Notes under the pieces: model-generated
The model's input: the letters and a program-made list of their open reading frames with translations, nothing else
What the model was told of the DNA's origin: nothing
Databases searched by the model: none
Assembly: GCA_964016885.1 (NCBI GenBank)
Contig: OZ024740.1
Span: 116,188,001 to 116,252,000 of the forward strand
Reading direction: 5' to 3'
DNA: 64,000 bases
Origin: Eledone cirrhosa
Lineage: Eukaryota
Translations under genes and position numbers: made by a program
Shown: in pieces, positions 45,089 through 59,649 of the stretch
Position numbering within the stretch: position 1 is the stretch's first letter
Layout: each line of letters starts with the position of its first letter

Positions 45089-45389
45089 TTTTTTTATTAG
45101 CCACAGGGGCACAAAAGAAGGGGACAAATACAAAGGGGGAAGTTTACATACAATAAAAACGTGTAAAATGTTATCACAAATGCAATTTAAAAAGTTAGTC
45201 GATTTTCCCCAATAGGGGGAGACAGTTTATATGGGTAACACATACCCCCGAAAAAATGTGCAACCCTCATCTCCAGGAGTACGAAGAGTTTGTACTCCTT
45301 TCCTCTCCTTCTCCTTTTCCTCAACCTACAGGCTGATATAGAGAGAAGGCCCATTCACTCGGGCCATTCTCGCCACTTTCACCCACCTT

Positions 45390-48211
45390 TCATAAAACTT
45401 GCTGGGGTACAGCACCTCTCTGTCCATCCTGATTCTTCTTCCAAAGTGGTATTTGAAAAAAAGAATCAGTTGTTGGCCGGAGAGAAAGGTCTCTGACCTC
45501 AGCCCTTTCAACCTTGTCAATCATACAACCTCTTTCGCCATAGCTATCACACAAAGGAAAACCGCCTCTCCTTCGTTTTTGAAGGAGGGTGGCGGTTTGA
45601 TCATGACAATGGACTCGGTGGTCAACCGGATTGGTCCCACCCACGACAATAGTCGTTCTACATAGCCCCACAGGTCAGTGACGCCCGGGCAGTGTATGAA
45701 TGCGTGCGCGACGGTTTCTTCGTCTCGCACGCACCTCGGACAGATCTTTTTTGCAGGGTCCCTCCTCGGGCGCCCATGTCTGTAGAGCTTGTCTCGAACT
45801 GGTAGAGCTCCTCAATAGCACTGCCAGGCCAGGGACTTTTGGAAGTTGTCCATCGGTCCCGGGCAGAAGGTCCTACCGAACAGACTGGCCAGTTCATCTT
45901 CCTCTACGCCTAGAGTTTCACCGAACGCGTCGTCGAACTTGCTGCGGATCAACCCTCTATAGAATGACGAAGTGGAGTTTCCACTGATCGCCGGGTCCGC
46001 CTGCCAGAGGGCTGTGAGCGCCTGAGCACATTCGATGTGCCAGTCGCCCATTTTCCTCGGTCTTTGCTTGACCCAGGACTGCAGCTCGGTCAGCGAGACG
46101 AGTCGTGGGAAGGCTAGCCTCGTGAACGGGGCCCACACCGGTTGTCCGATGAGGAATACGTAGAGATGCCGCAGCCTCAGCGCGTGTTTGCGCATCGTCA
46201 ACCACGGCATCCCCAGCCCTCCGTTAGAAGGGTGTTGGCAGCAGATGGATCTTCTCACCAAAGGAGCCCGCCTCTTCCAAAGGAATTGGAAGAGCGCGCG
46301 CTCCATTTTGGCGAGCGTTTTGGCTGGACAAGGCACGACGGTCAAACGGTAGTAGATGGCGGACGCTATAAAAGTGTTCGCCACCTCCGCTCGACCTTTC
46401 AAGGATAGTTTGCACTCGGCCCATTTCTGGGTGAGTGCAAACACCTTGACCGTCACTTCGTTCCAGTTCTTCTCCACCTGGAGGTCCGGACCAAACCAGA
46501 CCCCGAGCAGCTTTACCGGTCCTTCCGTCCAGCGTCCGACGATGCCATCGGAAGGCATCGGTTTGCCTCTCCACGATCTGAGTTGCAAACCGATGGACTT
46601 GTCCCGGTTCAGCTTGGCTCCTGTGAAACTTTCGTATTCCTTCAGTAAGGTGCCGACTTCCTCGATTTGCGAGGCGCTCGACACCATTACTATAACGTCG
46701 TCGGCGTAGGCCGACGCCGCTTTCCGCAGTCCCGGTTCCAGAAGGATGCCCTGCAATAGCTCCAACTTCCGCAGTAGTGGCTCGAGAGTCAGTACGTACA
46801 GAAGGGAGGAGAGAGGGCATCCCTGTCGAATGGATCGCGTAATATGGAACGGCTCCGAGAGGTAGCCGTTCACCTTGACCCTTGAGCAGATGTTGCTGTA
46901 GTGCATTGCAGCAATCCAGCCCCTGAACACGAGTCCGAAGCCTGCCGTCTCGAGCACCGCATCCAGGTAACGATGATCAACCCTATCGAAAGCCTTAGAC
47001 TGATCCAAGTTGATCAGGGCCCCACCGAAGCCGGGTTTACACCCTACCCTCTCTATGATGTATCGCATGAGGTGGAGGTTGTCGTGTATGGACCTGGTCG
47101 GGATTGTGCATGTCTGCGCTTCTCCCACCAGGTTCTCGACGACAAGCGCCAGCCTCTTTGCTAACACCTTGGTCAAAATCTGTAACTCTGTGTTTAGCCA
47201 AGTTATGGGCCGGAAGTTGCCTATGTCATCCCCCTTATTCGCGTCCTTCCTGATTAGTGTGACTACGCCCCCGGTTACAGAACTGGGAATTCTCCCGTTC
47301 TGTTGCCAGTTGCAGTAGACCTCTTCCAGGAGACCGGAGAATAAGTCCGGCATTGCTACGTAAAATTCGTAGGGGAGACCGTCGAGACCTGGAGATTTGC
47401 GTTAGCCGCATTGGCTCAGCGCGTCCCCTATCTCAGTGGCTGAAATTGGCTTTTCGCAGAAAGTTCAGCTTCCAGTAGTCGGGTCCTTGTCTATGGGTTC
47501 TATCAAGGTTGGCCATGCAGGTCACTAGTTTGTTATCTGAATAGGCAAGCATGAACATTTGTGGACAGCTTAACATGTCCCTATCCTTATTTCTAACTAG
47601 AACCCTATCTAGGTACGATCTAGATGTTCCGCTACGATTACTCTACGTCCACAGTGGCGCAGTCGGAAAATCTAGTCGATATCTATCGGCCAGGTCAAAT
47701 CGGTCGATTAACTGTTTGAGGCTGTTACACCCCCTTTTATCGGGACATGCTCCCACATAGTCCCAACGTGCATCTAGGATTCCATTCCAGACCCCACTAA
47801 AAGCAAGGAGCGACACGTTCCCAGAAAAGTCTCTAGACGTTTGAAGAAGTCTGGCCGCGGTGTCCCGGATGGGGCATATGCGGCCACCAGCCTGAAGGCT
47901 CCACCTTCACTACCGTCAACGTCTAGGACCACCAGTCGACCCTCCGGGTCCAGATGTACCGTCTGTGTTACGAGGCCCTGGTGTTTCCGCAGCAAAACGG
48001 CAACACCGCCCCCACCCCCCGGTTGACAGAGAGATGCGTAGATCTCAAAGTCATCGAAGATGGGGGCCAGCTGTCGCTCGCTGTGGATCCTGGACTCGCA
48101 AATGGCTACCACATCCATACTGTGCGACCTGAGGTCGTTTAAGAGTTTGCCCTGTTTCCAGGGCATCCCCAGGCCGCGTACGTTCACACATCCAACTCTT
48201 ATATTGGCCAT
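45390..48211 (-). pseudogene. Tx1-type ORF2 (APE endonuclease, RT, C-terminal zinc motif), frameshifted
   Basis: NVRGL, ICES, GVAVL, AYAP; NFRPITWLN, LDQSKAFDRVDH, RQGCPLS, AYADD, LLGV; ETVAHAFIHC. Confidence 0.93.
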
Positions 48212-48244
48212 GTTGGTGCTGAAAAGTTAAAAGAGGAAAAGAGA

Positions 48245-50142
48245 TCACTCACCCTTCGTCTCCTGGAGACCAGGCCGCACGATTTCCATGGGGGTGTTGG
48301 AGGGGTTGTCTGGATGGGTGGTGGTTTCCGGCGGGGTGGGGACGGAGATGTTTGGTGGGGTGGGGTCTGGTGGGATGGGGATGTTGAAAAGGACGCGGTT
48401 AAGTGGTTTCACGCAGGAATTCCCCACATCCTTCTCAAATGTTTCTTTTAGGGACCTATAAGTTTGTATAGGGACCCTAATCAGTTTTAGGTTCAGTTTT
48501 TTGCTATTTTTAATAGAGTGGTCGAAAGTTTTCCCTTCGGTTTTCACCGAAGGGTCGTTCGTGATGGTCTCCATTAGTGTTTTGTTTTCAGTGTTTATGT
48601 AAGTGTAAGTGTAATTTTCTTGTGTTGTGTTTGTTTTTGTCTGTAGTTGTTGTGTGTGCTTTCCTTTTGTTGTAGGTATTTTGTTTTCAGGAGGTGGGGG
48701 TTTTGTTTATGATGTTTTTGTTGTTTGTGTTGGTGGTTGTATGTTTGTGGTAGTGTTTGCTGGTTTTTTGCTTTTGTGATGTCTTTTCTTTCTTTTCGAG
48801 CAATGGGGTTCTCCCTGGTCTTCACTGGGTGATGGCGAGATAGCCTCATCTGTTGTATCGTCTGTGTGATTGGGGAGGGGTATGTCTTGGGGAGCTGTTG
48901 TGTCTGTATGTGATTTTGCAGTGGTTTTAGGTGGAGTGGGGTTGGGTGGGACTGTGTTTGTTGTGGTTATTTTTGTGTGTTGGTGTTGTTGTTGTTGTGG
49001 TGGTGTTGGTGGTTGTGTTGTTTTGATGGGTGTCGGCAGAAGAGCTTTTTTTTATTCATTAATTTAGAACAGGAAGCCCTCAGGTGACACCTGCTAAAGC
49101 AATGGTAACATGAAGGCCGCCTACCCTCAACCGAAATGTTTATGTAGGTGAGTCCGTCCAGGAGTACACGTTGTGGGATCATAGCTATTCGCTCTGGGCT
49201 CATTTGCACCAGAACTTCAATGCTAGTCCCATTTAATACATCTCTGGGGGACTTTCCTACTGACAGTATTCTGTCTTCATCAAAATTGATGAAGCCGCAC
49301 AGTATCCACCATATGTTCACCTTTGGTGTGACACTCGTGATTCTGATCTTTTGTGTCCTTTTTCCCATGTATGTAGGGAAAAAGGTGTACAGGTTGGATA
49401 CAATTGGCGACACAGAGTAATTTTGGGCCGTCAATTGATCCTTCATAAGTACCGAAATACTCCCAAAAAGTTTGCTTCTTTGAATGAATGCAATATCATT
49501 CATTGAATTTTTGAAAAACAGTTCAATTTCTTTCTGTGACAATTGGACTTGTTTTCGGGTAGAATTGGAAACTGTCCTAAAAACTATCGTCTTGAGAGCA
49601 GTTTCCTTGCGAATTTCTACCGGAGAATTGATGCTGAAAGCACCATTTTTTTCGAAAGTGACATATCTCCGAGCGTCCTTTAAAAGTTGTTCAGCATTTG
49701 TTATGTCGAGATATATCAATTCCTCCTTTTTTTAAACTTCCTCTGCAATGGAGATTTTTGGTTTCTTTGTGGAATCCGTGTTGTTGGTGTTGTCATTATT
49801 GTTGTTATTGTTGTTGTTATTCTTGTTGTCACCGATGTTGGTATTATTCGTATTTTCCTTGGTGTTGTTGTTGTCTTTGATGCTGGTGTTATTGGTGTTG
49901 TCTTTATTTTTTTCTTTGTTGTTGTTATCATTGTTGCTTTTATCATCATTATTGGTGTTGCTGTTATTTTTGTTGTCATTGAATTGTTTGGTGTCATTTG
50001 TGTTGTTTGGATATGAATTCGTTTTTACATTTTCATTTCGTCTTTCCATCTCTATAGTGTCTAGTGAAGAAGACGTTGTTGACTTCGAGCTTTGTAGTCG
50101 TACCGCCTCTCCACCACCATTATAGTTGGACGCAGCGTTCAT
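48245..50142 (-). pseudogene. Tx1-type ORF1 (Asn-rich N-terminus, CCHC knuckle, T/P/Q-rich tail)
   Basis: 49732-50142 and 48967-49719 share one frame, separated by a single TAA; CYHCFSRCHLRASC fits C-x2-C-x4-H-x4-C. Confidence 0.75.
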
Positions 50143-50366
50143 AACGTAATCAAAATTTTACAATATTTTTTCCAAGATTCGATAGAGAAAAAATGTTTAA
50201 AATGGATATTCCGCCCCTCTAGGGGCGAAAATGAGTTGACCCACCAGCTGAAGGTCCAGACGGGGGGGTCAAGTTACACAATGATATAAAATTTAACTAA
50301 AAACTCACGTTTTTTTCTTACATAAATTAACGGAAACTTCTCCGCGAAGTTACACACGTCTGATAG

Positions 50367-50491
<125 letters not shown>

Positions 50492-51417
50492 CCTGTTTGC
50501 CGTTACCTTTAATAACTTCATAACTGGGAACTACTAATAGCTTTTTTAAAAACATTTTCTTGTACTTTCACGCTTCCCTTATTAGCATATTTCTGAATGT
50601 TTTACGTTTTTCAAAGATACACAGCAAAACCAAAGAAACACAAAAAGCTTGAGCAAAAGAAAAAGTTAGAAGAAAAAACTACAAGCAAACTCTACACACT
50701 CGGTTGAACAACATATCAGAGCTACGTCCTGTGAACAAGGTGGCAAAATATTTCCCAGGAAGAAAAGCCACCCATATCCGCTGTTGCATCAGTCATTGTA
50801 CCTCATAGGGCTCCTTCTTATGATTGACACCGTTATCCCGATTTGGCGAAGAAGAAAGGCAGTCAGGGGAGCGAGGAAACCAGATGTCTTAACAATGACA
50901 GTCGTGAAGTAGTAGCTTCCTATTATTGGCTGATAGTTAATCTTAGGTCATGTTTATCCTAACAAAACAGTTAAGGCCTCCTTTGGTCATGACTGAACTT
51001 AGATCTGCATCTGGAAAGTTCCTGTCATGGACAAAATATTTTCTGGAAGGCCAGCAGTTACTGATGCTTCTCCGCTATCCGTGAAAGACAAAGGCCGATA
51101 CATCTTGGCACCAGTGTCATCACAATTTATACATACAGTATATATACACTATTCATACGATAAATATACAATATATATATATATATATATATAACAATAT
51201 ATATATATATATATATATTGTTACATATATATATATATATATATATATATTGTTATATTTGGGGAGGGTAATATTGTAATAATATTGCCAGAAATAATAA
51301 CAGAACACACTCACTGTTTGTTTAGTTTTCGTTTCTGCATCTTTTATATCTCCATAGTTAATTTATTTGGCAATCAATGTTTATCATTGACTGACCAACG
51401 GTTAAAAATACAGATAC

Positions 51418-51460
<43 letters not shown>

Positions 51461-51899
51461 AACAAATTTCTTTCGTTGCATATCTGTAGTGGTACTATTA
51501 TCATGTTTCCTCCTATTGTGTTGTATTGTAATAATATTTGATGTTGTTCAATAGGGAAAAAATATGGGTGGAGTTTGATACATTTTTTTCCAGTTGGTTG
51601 AAATGGAGTAGCATGAAATATGTTTTTTGAGTGACACAATGCCCAGCCAGAAATCGAACCCAAAGCCTTACCATTGTAAACACCCTAACCTTTAAGCCAC
51701 GCGTCTTGACAAAGGCAGGCAGATCTATAATATTCAACTAGCTGTAAACACCGCATCAAAGGGAATATGTTAGTTAACCTTCGTCTCCTGCACTCTTGTT
51801 GAAGCCTGTGCAAGATACAAATATCTCTTTTCGTTTTGGATGCAATACTACTACTACTACTACTAATACTAATACTAGTACTACTACTACTACTACTAC

Positions 51900-51930
<31 letters not shown>

Positions 51931-51932
51931 AA

Positions 51933-51963
<31 letters not shown>

Positions 51964-52721
51964 ACTACTACTACTACAAATTCCAACACCAATTAATGGT
52001 ATGTCGAGATTATTTCTCCCGTTCCGTAGTTCTGTAGAGAATTCCTCGATAAGAAAATAATGGTCTACTTCCTATCACTAGAAAATAGTTTTATGAGCCT
52101 TCTCTTACCTCTTAAATAAACTCAGACCTTTATTTCTATTGGACCCAATTTTTCTGGATGCTGACCCACTTTCTGGATTTCTCTGTGTGGGGCTTAATCA
52201 AATGTCTGCTATTCTTTCAATGTATTATTGATGTCCCTACAACTATAACCTTCATCACAAACCTGTTTTCTTGGAAAGTAGTAACTGTTTGTTTCCTTTA
52301 ATGGGAAAGAATAAAATTACTCCGTCTAATTACATGAAAAAAAAACACTTTATTTCACGATGCTCCAGACAGCTGAGTTGAAAATGAGAACTAACAGCAG
52401 TCGGGGATGGGGGTTGTTACCCTTTTGATGGACTTTTCGTCGCTTAACCCCAATGAAACCGGAATAAGCCCCGACCTGATTGAGCCTCCGGGCTTTGGGC
52501 AGACTTTAAGTCTTCTTTTTAAATCTATGACTTTCATGAGAAACCTTCCTTTCTTGGAATGTAGCAGTTGTTTACTTTCTTTATTGAGAACGAGCAAACA
52601 TAAAGATGTTCTGCTTTGTCTAATTACATTAAAAAGGAAAATTTACATCTCTACACCAACCGAAAAAAGAGAAATTTTAAAATGTTGTTTTAACATTATC
52701 ATTTTAGTTTTAAATAAAAAC

Positions 52722-52840
52722 GATTGTTTCTAACTTTGGCACAAGGCTTGCAATTACTCTAGTGCATTACTGGTACTTTATTTTATCGACCCCGTAAGGA
52801 TGAAAGGCAAAGTTAACCTCGGCGGGATTTGAACTCAGAA
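52722..52840 (-). mobile_element. SINE S1, 5'-truncated
   Basis: S1 motifs. Confidence 0.8.
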
Positions 52841-53584
52841 TGATAACAATAATAGCACACAGCAACGCTATTTCACTTATTTATGAACAACTAATGATGA
52901 ACAAATACAGTTAAAAGGACTAAATACAGTCAGTAAATGTTAACATAACAACAAATGAAACTCTCATGCAGATTGTTAAGTCCGGAAATACAGAAAGAAA
53001 AACATTAGTATTTTAATAAACAAAATAGTTCTATTTTAAATTCTCTTGTCAACCTCAGATTGTTTTTAATTAAAACTGAAAAGAGTATGTACAAATTTAG
53101 AATCAACAAATTTATCCCCTGCATTGGCAAAATTCATTCCCTGGGGGATAAATTATCTACCTACGGGTACATATATAGTTTTGTTGCAACATTCGTTCTA
53201 GTATACCCGAATATTCACAATCTCTTCAACCCATACAATTCTCAATGTTTTCCAAACTCAGTATAACTTGCTAAATTTATTCTCGAATTCAGCTTAAATT
53301 GTCTTTGTTTTATCACTACCATCTTTTTATTCCTATATTAAATAGTTTTCTAATTAGTTGCAGAGTTGGGTTTCGATATCTTGATGTGAAGGTTTCTACA
53401 GTAGCAATAGTTGGGACCAATTATTAATATCATAACGAGAAAAAGAAAGGAAAAAAGAAAAAGAAAAATGAAAATATTGGAAAAGAAATGGTCTGTGCAT
53501 GTGTGTCTATGTGTGTGCGTGTGTGTATGTGTGTGTGTGTGTGTGTGAGTCTGTGTGTGTGAGTCTATGCGTTTATGTGTATGT

Positions 53585-53674
<90 letters not shown>

Positions 53675-53739
53675 TGAGTGTGCAAAGCAACTCCATTTCT
53701 GTGGGTGAATGATACACCTCAACTGTGCCCCTCAGCTGC

Positions 53740-53990
53740 GGCCCGCAACGGCAAGGGGATGAAAATGTTGCCGCTAAGAACTACTATTGTTTCCCGCTGC
53801 ATTAGACAATCAACTTTGCGAAGCTCCTTTCTCTGGTGAGATACCTTCATAGCGATTTGGTTGAGGAAAATAGCAATCCAGGTATCGAAGATGTCGGAGG
53901 TCTCAATGGCAAAGGAGTTGTGGTGCTTCCTCCTTTCTACATAGTCACAGAAATCCTGTAAAAGATCAGGCGTGTTACCAGCCTTCTTTC
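53740..53990 (-). mobile_element. degenerate CRE-like RLE LINE 3' fragment
   Basis: Manual translation ..ERRK..FAIETSDIFD..FLNQIA..LMQRETIVVLSGN resembles the CRE C-terminus and the 62620-62990 region. Confidence 0.5.
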
Positions 53991-54436
53991 TCTCACAAAG
54001 TCATATAAATAGCCTTTAAGAGGCTCTGTCAGGTAAATGGCTGAAATCGGTGAAGCAGTTAAGAAGTTCAATTCGCAATTATTATCTCTCGGGTTTGAGC
54101 CCACTGCGTGGCATCTTGGACAGGTGTCATCTGCTAGGTTTCCGGGTCAATCAATGGCATGTGACTGAAATTGAATAACCGGAAACAGGAAACCCGTTGG
54201 GTGGATTGGACCTGTAATGCAAAGGTTAAATATTGTATCCCGCTGAATAACCTTGAAAATTATGTTAAGTGACAGTGGAATGCTTAACCACAATATCAAT
54301 TTCATGAGCAGGCTTTTCCGTTGATCAAACAATTGGAACACTAAACGTCGAGACTGACGGAGGTCCATACCCTTCTGTAAGTATACTTTAAGATTTCATT
54401 ACACACGTCCTGGCATTATTTCTTCCTAACTCATTT

Positions 54437-54485
54437 TGTTGTTACTGTTGCTACTGTTGTTGTTGTTGTTTCAGTATCAGCAGTG

Positions 54486-54529
<44 letters not shown>

Positions 54530-54573
54530 TGTTGTTGTTGTTGTTGGTGGTGGTGGTGTTGTTGTTGTTGTTG

Positions 54574-54615
<42 letters not shown>

Positions 54616-54665
54616 TTGTTGTTGTTGTTGTTGCTGTTGTTGTTGTTGTTGTTGTTGCTGTTGTT
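54437..54665. repeat. compound trinucleotide repeat (GTT/GGT/GTA/GCT)n
   Basis: Direct inspection. Confidence 0.95.
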
Positions 54666-55189
54666 TGTGTTTCAAGAGTGACGTTGTAATTAAGTGCTGG
54701 CCGTAGATGTCTTCTATTACATGTTCGGTGGGGTGTGTTTCCATCATACACCCATTATTGTCCCCTAAGGGAGCACCCTGTACTCGGTTACCACAACAAC
54801 CACTAACACCGTTTGAAGACCCTATTAATAATTTACCCTTCACCTTGCCAGATCCATTTCACCGTGATTTCTGTGTCAATATTGTCGCTGTTCCCTTGAC
54901 AGTCCATGCCACTTTCACAGGAAGTTTATTTCTACAGACCTTTACATAATATATCACGAAAGCCACTACGTGGCTATTTGATTTGTTAGAAATAGCAATC
55001 AAATATCCCATTAAATCACACAACTCTCTTTTAAAAAAGGTCTTATTGGATAATGGAATCTGGGGCATACTGACTGGAAAAATATATGTCAGTTGTGATT
55101 GATTTGACGATAAACAGCAACAACTACATCATAACATATTTTATGTGGTTGCATATGGCTGTTTCTGAATACTACGACAAGGCTGAATC

Positions 55190-55590
55190 ATTCTAGTTGT
55201 CGTGTAAATAGTTTAACGCTTAACTTATGAGGTGAATATACTGAGCTCAATACACTGTTCCATTTGCCGTGGGAAGAGTTAAACGTCTAGGTTGTGATAT
55301 AAAACCTTACAGTTCAGTCCATCATTCCAGTTCCCGTAAAAATAGTTTAACATCTAGTTTATGAGGAGAATAGCTTTTAGTCAGCCATTCTAGTTGCCGT
55401 GTGAATAGCTTAGCGTTCACTATGTGATATAAAACCTCATAGTTCAGTCAATCACTCTAGTTCCTATGTAAATAGTTTAACATCCGACCAATGATGTATA
55501 AAGCTCTGCAGTTGAGTTCACCATTCCAGTTGCCGTGTAAATATTTAAACGTCTAACTTATGATGTATAAAGCTATAAAGTTGAGTCAAT
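55190..55590. repeat. about 66-bp minisatellite, 6 units
   Basis: cattc.agtt.ccgtg.aaata.tt.aac units. Confidence 0.8.
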
Positions 55591-55997
55591 CCTATCACGC
55601 CAATCAATGTCTTTGTACATAAATTACAATGTTTTGCATTAGATGATATATTTTTGATTATATTTTCTATGATATTTTCAAACAACTCTATTTGTAGGAT
55701 GAAAGTGGAAACAGTTTCTAAGGTAGGCAGGCATTCTCAGTTAGAGCTATTTCCGTTTTTCTTTTATCGTTTTTTAACGACTGTGGGATTGTCATTTCAA
55801 CCTCTTTTGACCTTATTCAACCTCGGTGCAGTCATAACCACAGTAGCTTCCGCAGTCAGACTGTTTAAATATCAGTCAACACCCAACACAGAAGCTATGA
55901 GAATGATGGTGCATCGTAGCCTAAGTCACAACTATGTGCGTCTTAGCTTCTAGTCGCCTCAACCTGTGTTTTAGCCATAGTCACTCCTACTGTAAAC

Positions 55998-56580
55998 GTA
56001 GCATGATCGAATGATTAAGGGGTTCACTTCATCATCATAAGGTACCGGGTTAAATCCCACTGAGAGGCATCTTGGGCAAGTATCGTTTCCCATAGTCTCA
56101 GGTCAACCCAAGCCTTTTCAGTGAAATTGGGTAGACAAAAACTCTATTTTCTGATGGTCAATACCTGTAGTTCAAAGTGCCTTGTCACACATTTTATCAC
56201 ACATTTTGTCACGCAGAATCTCACTGAGAATTGCGTTAAAACTATACGTACATCATCCAATTACACTATAATACAAGACAGATTGAACCTGTAATTCAAA
56301 GGGCCCTTGTCACTCAGTGTGTTCCGTTGAATTTCCTTAGGAATTATGTTAAGGGTACCGTGTCTGTGGAATGATCAGCCATTAACATTATAATATAAGA
56401 TAGACTGTACCTGTAATTCAAAAGATCAGCCTTGTCGCACATTGTGTTACGTTGAAACTCCATGAGTGTTATGTTATGGGTACACGTATCCGTTCAATAT
56501 TCCGCCATTTGCATGTTAATTTCATAAGTAGGCTATTCCGTTGATCGAACAGCATTTACCGTCGAAACAAACGGAGGGCC
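55998..56580 (+). mobile_element. SINE S2 head followed by three tandem, about 125-bp S3 segments
   Basis: acctgta.ttcaaa at 56163, 56288 and 56409. Confidence 0.55.
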
Positions 56581-57719
56581 ATTCTAGTCTACTCTAATCA
56601 TATAGCTATATGATCGAAGATTTTCCCGTTGTTTCCAACCCATCTTTTTCCGAGGCATATTTGCTACTACATCATACAACGTTTCCTTCGGTTTCTAAGA
56701 CGGCAATATGCAATTTTAGCTTCTATTTCTAACAGGTCGATTGATCGTATTGAGGGAATGAAGATTTAGTCCTGCACTCTATAAACAGACATCGAAAATA
56801 TCCCCCGGCGATGTGATTTCAATGTTTTCACCTTCAACAGCACAAGGACTCAACCAATACACATAGCAAGAAAATAATTTCGTACCCCACCCCCTAAACA
56901 AGAATAATACATAACTAGAATCTTCAAGGTTTCACAATCAGCGAGAATTACACCATGATCAATACAGCAAAAACTGCTCTAGAATCACTAACCTTCCCTT
57001 TCAGGATTAGAAATTACTTTATCATTCAACAGTTACTAACTTTATACACATCTTAGTAAATACCCACAATGGAGTACTACATACACGGGCATCTTTGTTT
57101 TATAGAGTTACGATTTATTTTTCTCGTGATGTAGAATGGAGTGAACCTCGGTCAGTTTTGTCGATGAGTGTTCCAGTATTTTTGATGAATCGAACAGCCT
57201 GCTCGTGAAATGAACGTGTAAGTGGTTGAGCATTCCACAGACACGTGTACACTTTATGTAATTCTGTTGAAAATTTAGAGACATACGGTTTGGTATAAGG
57301 CTGACTCGTTAAATTGTAGGTACAATCCATTCGCTGGACTTCCAAGCGGTTTCCGCCACAATTTCATTGACAAGAATCAACACGAGGCTATGGTAAATGA
57401 CACTTGTCCAAGATGCCTCGAAATACCACTTGATTGCGAACCGAACTTCTTAATTATTCAGCTATGCTGCGTCATCACTCGTATAGTAGCAACACATTAA
57501 AAGTACGATGTAACACAGTTGTTATTTTAGTCAGATATATTGATTGATCAGACCATTTTTCTCCGAATATTTGTAGTAATTGAATATATAGACAGAGTGC
57601 TAAAAAGGAAACCTTGTCACTATGACATGAAGTACAAACTATAGACTTAACTCATAAATACCTGTAATGATTTAATAAAAAATATATCTTAAAATGAGTG
57701 GCAATTGGTCCTGGAATTC

Positions 57720-57793
<74 letters not shown>

Positions 57794-57881
57794 TACATCC
57801 AAGAACATCCATCTATAGAAGTATCACTTGTTTCCTGGTTATATTGCTGTCTGTTACATAGTATACACACACACACGCACG

Positions 57882-57984
<103 letters not shown>

Positions 57985-59649
57985 GTTATATATATGTTCC
58001 CATTTTGACGCTATAGTCACTTATATATTATGGAATACTGTTGGCTTCTTGCTACAATACTTTCTATACCTTTCATTTATATATTTATACTCGAATTTCT
58101 TTCCTAGAGTGCTTAAATTATTTGTGACTAATCCTGGTATTTAAAAAAGAAACCGCGATAATATTGCTTTTTGCTGAACTCCTTATTGTAGAGGTTTTTT
58201 TTCGGAATGTTTTTGACTGTTGTTTCATGTAAACAAACATTAGTCTCATTCTGACGTCACCAGCCCTGTTTTTCCACATGTGCGTTTTATTTTCATAATC
58301 ATGCATGATGTTAAACTAGCCTGCTTTTAAATTCCCTTTTTGGCATATTAATCAGTGAGAATTTGGCTATCGTGTTGAGCTCTGCTGACGATCGAATTCC
58401 AACCGTGACCATCTCCACTGAAAGTTTTTGTGAAATAGTCTTTGCTAGACTATACAGAGCATTTGTAGTTGTCCCAAATTGAAGGATGAGTATTTTAAAC
58501 TTTATTTTATCATGAGATAAGGCTCTATTGATTTCTCCCTGGATTTCACTAAATTCTGTTGGATAAATCTATATCCTGATTCTTTTTGAATTGAGTTTGA
58601 ATTATTTTTCCCACATCTTACGTTAACTATTTTCCTATTTTGACGCTATAGTTACTTATATATTATGGAATACTGTTCGCTTCTTGCTACAATACTTTCT
58701 ATACCTTTCATATATATATATATATATATAAAGAATGAATTAACTATTTGTAATTGTAGTGTTCATATATATAAACATTTGCAAGTGTTTAGATGGAGTA
58801 TTCATAGCTGTGCTGTGTGTGTGTCTTATGTGAGGCCATTGTCATCTTATACTGAAAAGAAGACAGACGATTGACTATTTTTATTATAGTTTCTATATAA
58901 ACAAATATTTACAATAGTGTCTAGTTAGAGCGTTCATAGTTGTGTTGTGCGTATTTTATAGAAATGCTGTATCTCTTGTAGTTGCCTTCAGAGAACTAAT
59001 GCAGCGACGCCTACAGAACGGCTTTTGCTACAAACTGTGGCAACTTGAAATAAAGTGTCTTGCTCAAGGGTACAACGCGCCATCGGAAACCAAAATTACA
59101 ACCTTCTAATCATTAGCTGAACAGTTTAACAACTAAGCCACGCGCCTTCGTCACATTGTATATAATAATATTTTACACATCTGTGTAGTAGAGACTAATA
59201 TATAGTTAAACAATAAATTAACTTTTTTTTTTTTTTTTGTAGTTGCTATATAAACAAACATTTACAACAGTATATATTATTGAGTTTTGTGGCAGTTTTT
59301 GAAAGCATTGTGTCAATAAAATAATTGGAAGCCAAACAATGCGTATAAAATTAAACGTAGTGTTTTATTTATAATTTTTTTCAATGCATTTAAGATCTGT
59401 TTGGATTTTTTCACGCCAAGAACTATTTAACGTTGGTTAACGGTCGATGTTTCCAAAAGAATGATAGTCTTTTAAACTGAAAAATGTATGAATAAAACAC
59501 TATACGCATTGTTTGGCCTTCAAATCATTTTAAATTATTATATTTCAACAGTGTTTAGATAGAACTTTCATAGCTGTGCCGTGTGTGTCTTGCAGAAAGT
59601 TCTGACTTCTGTCTTCTTACTTCAAAAAGAAGACAGACAATTGTCTATT

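Noticed and set aside
49720-49740. Possible programmed frameshift or readthrough at GTTTAAAAAAAG in Tx1 ORF1
   Set aside because: The flanking ORFs are in the same frame; a simple nonsense mutation in a decayed copy is more parsimonious.
45399-50125. Plus-strand ORFs over the Tx1 element (likewise over the Helitron and PLE)
   Set aside because: They are antisense shadows of the real minus-strand frames.
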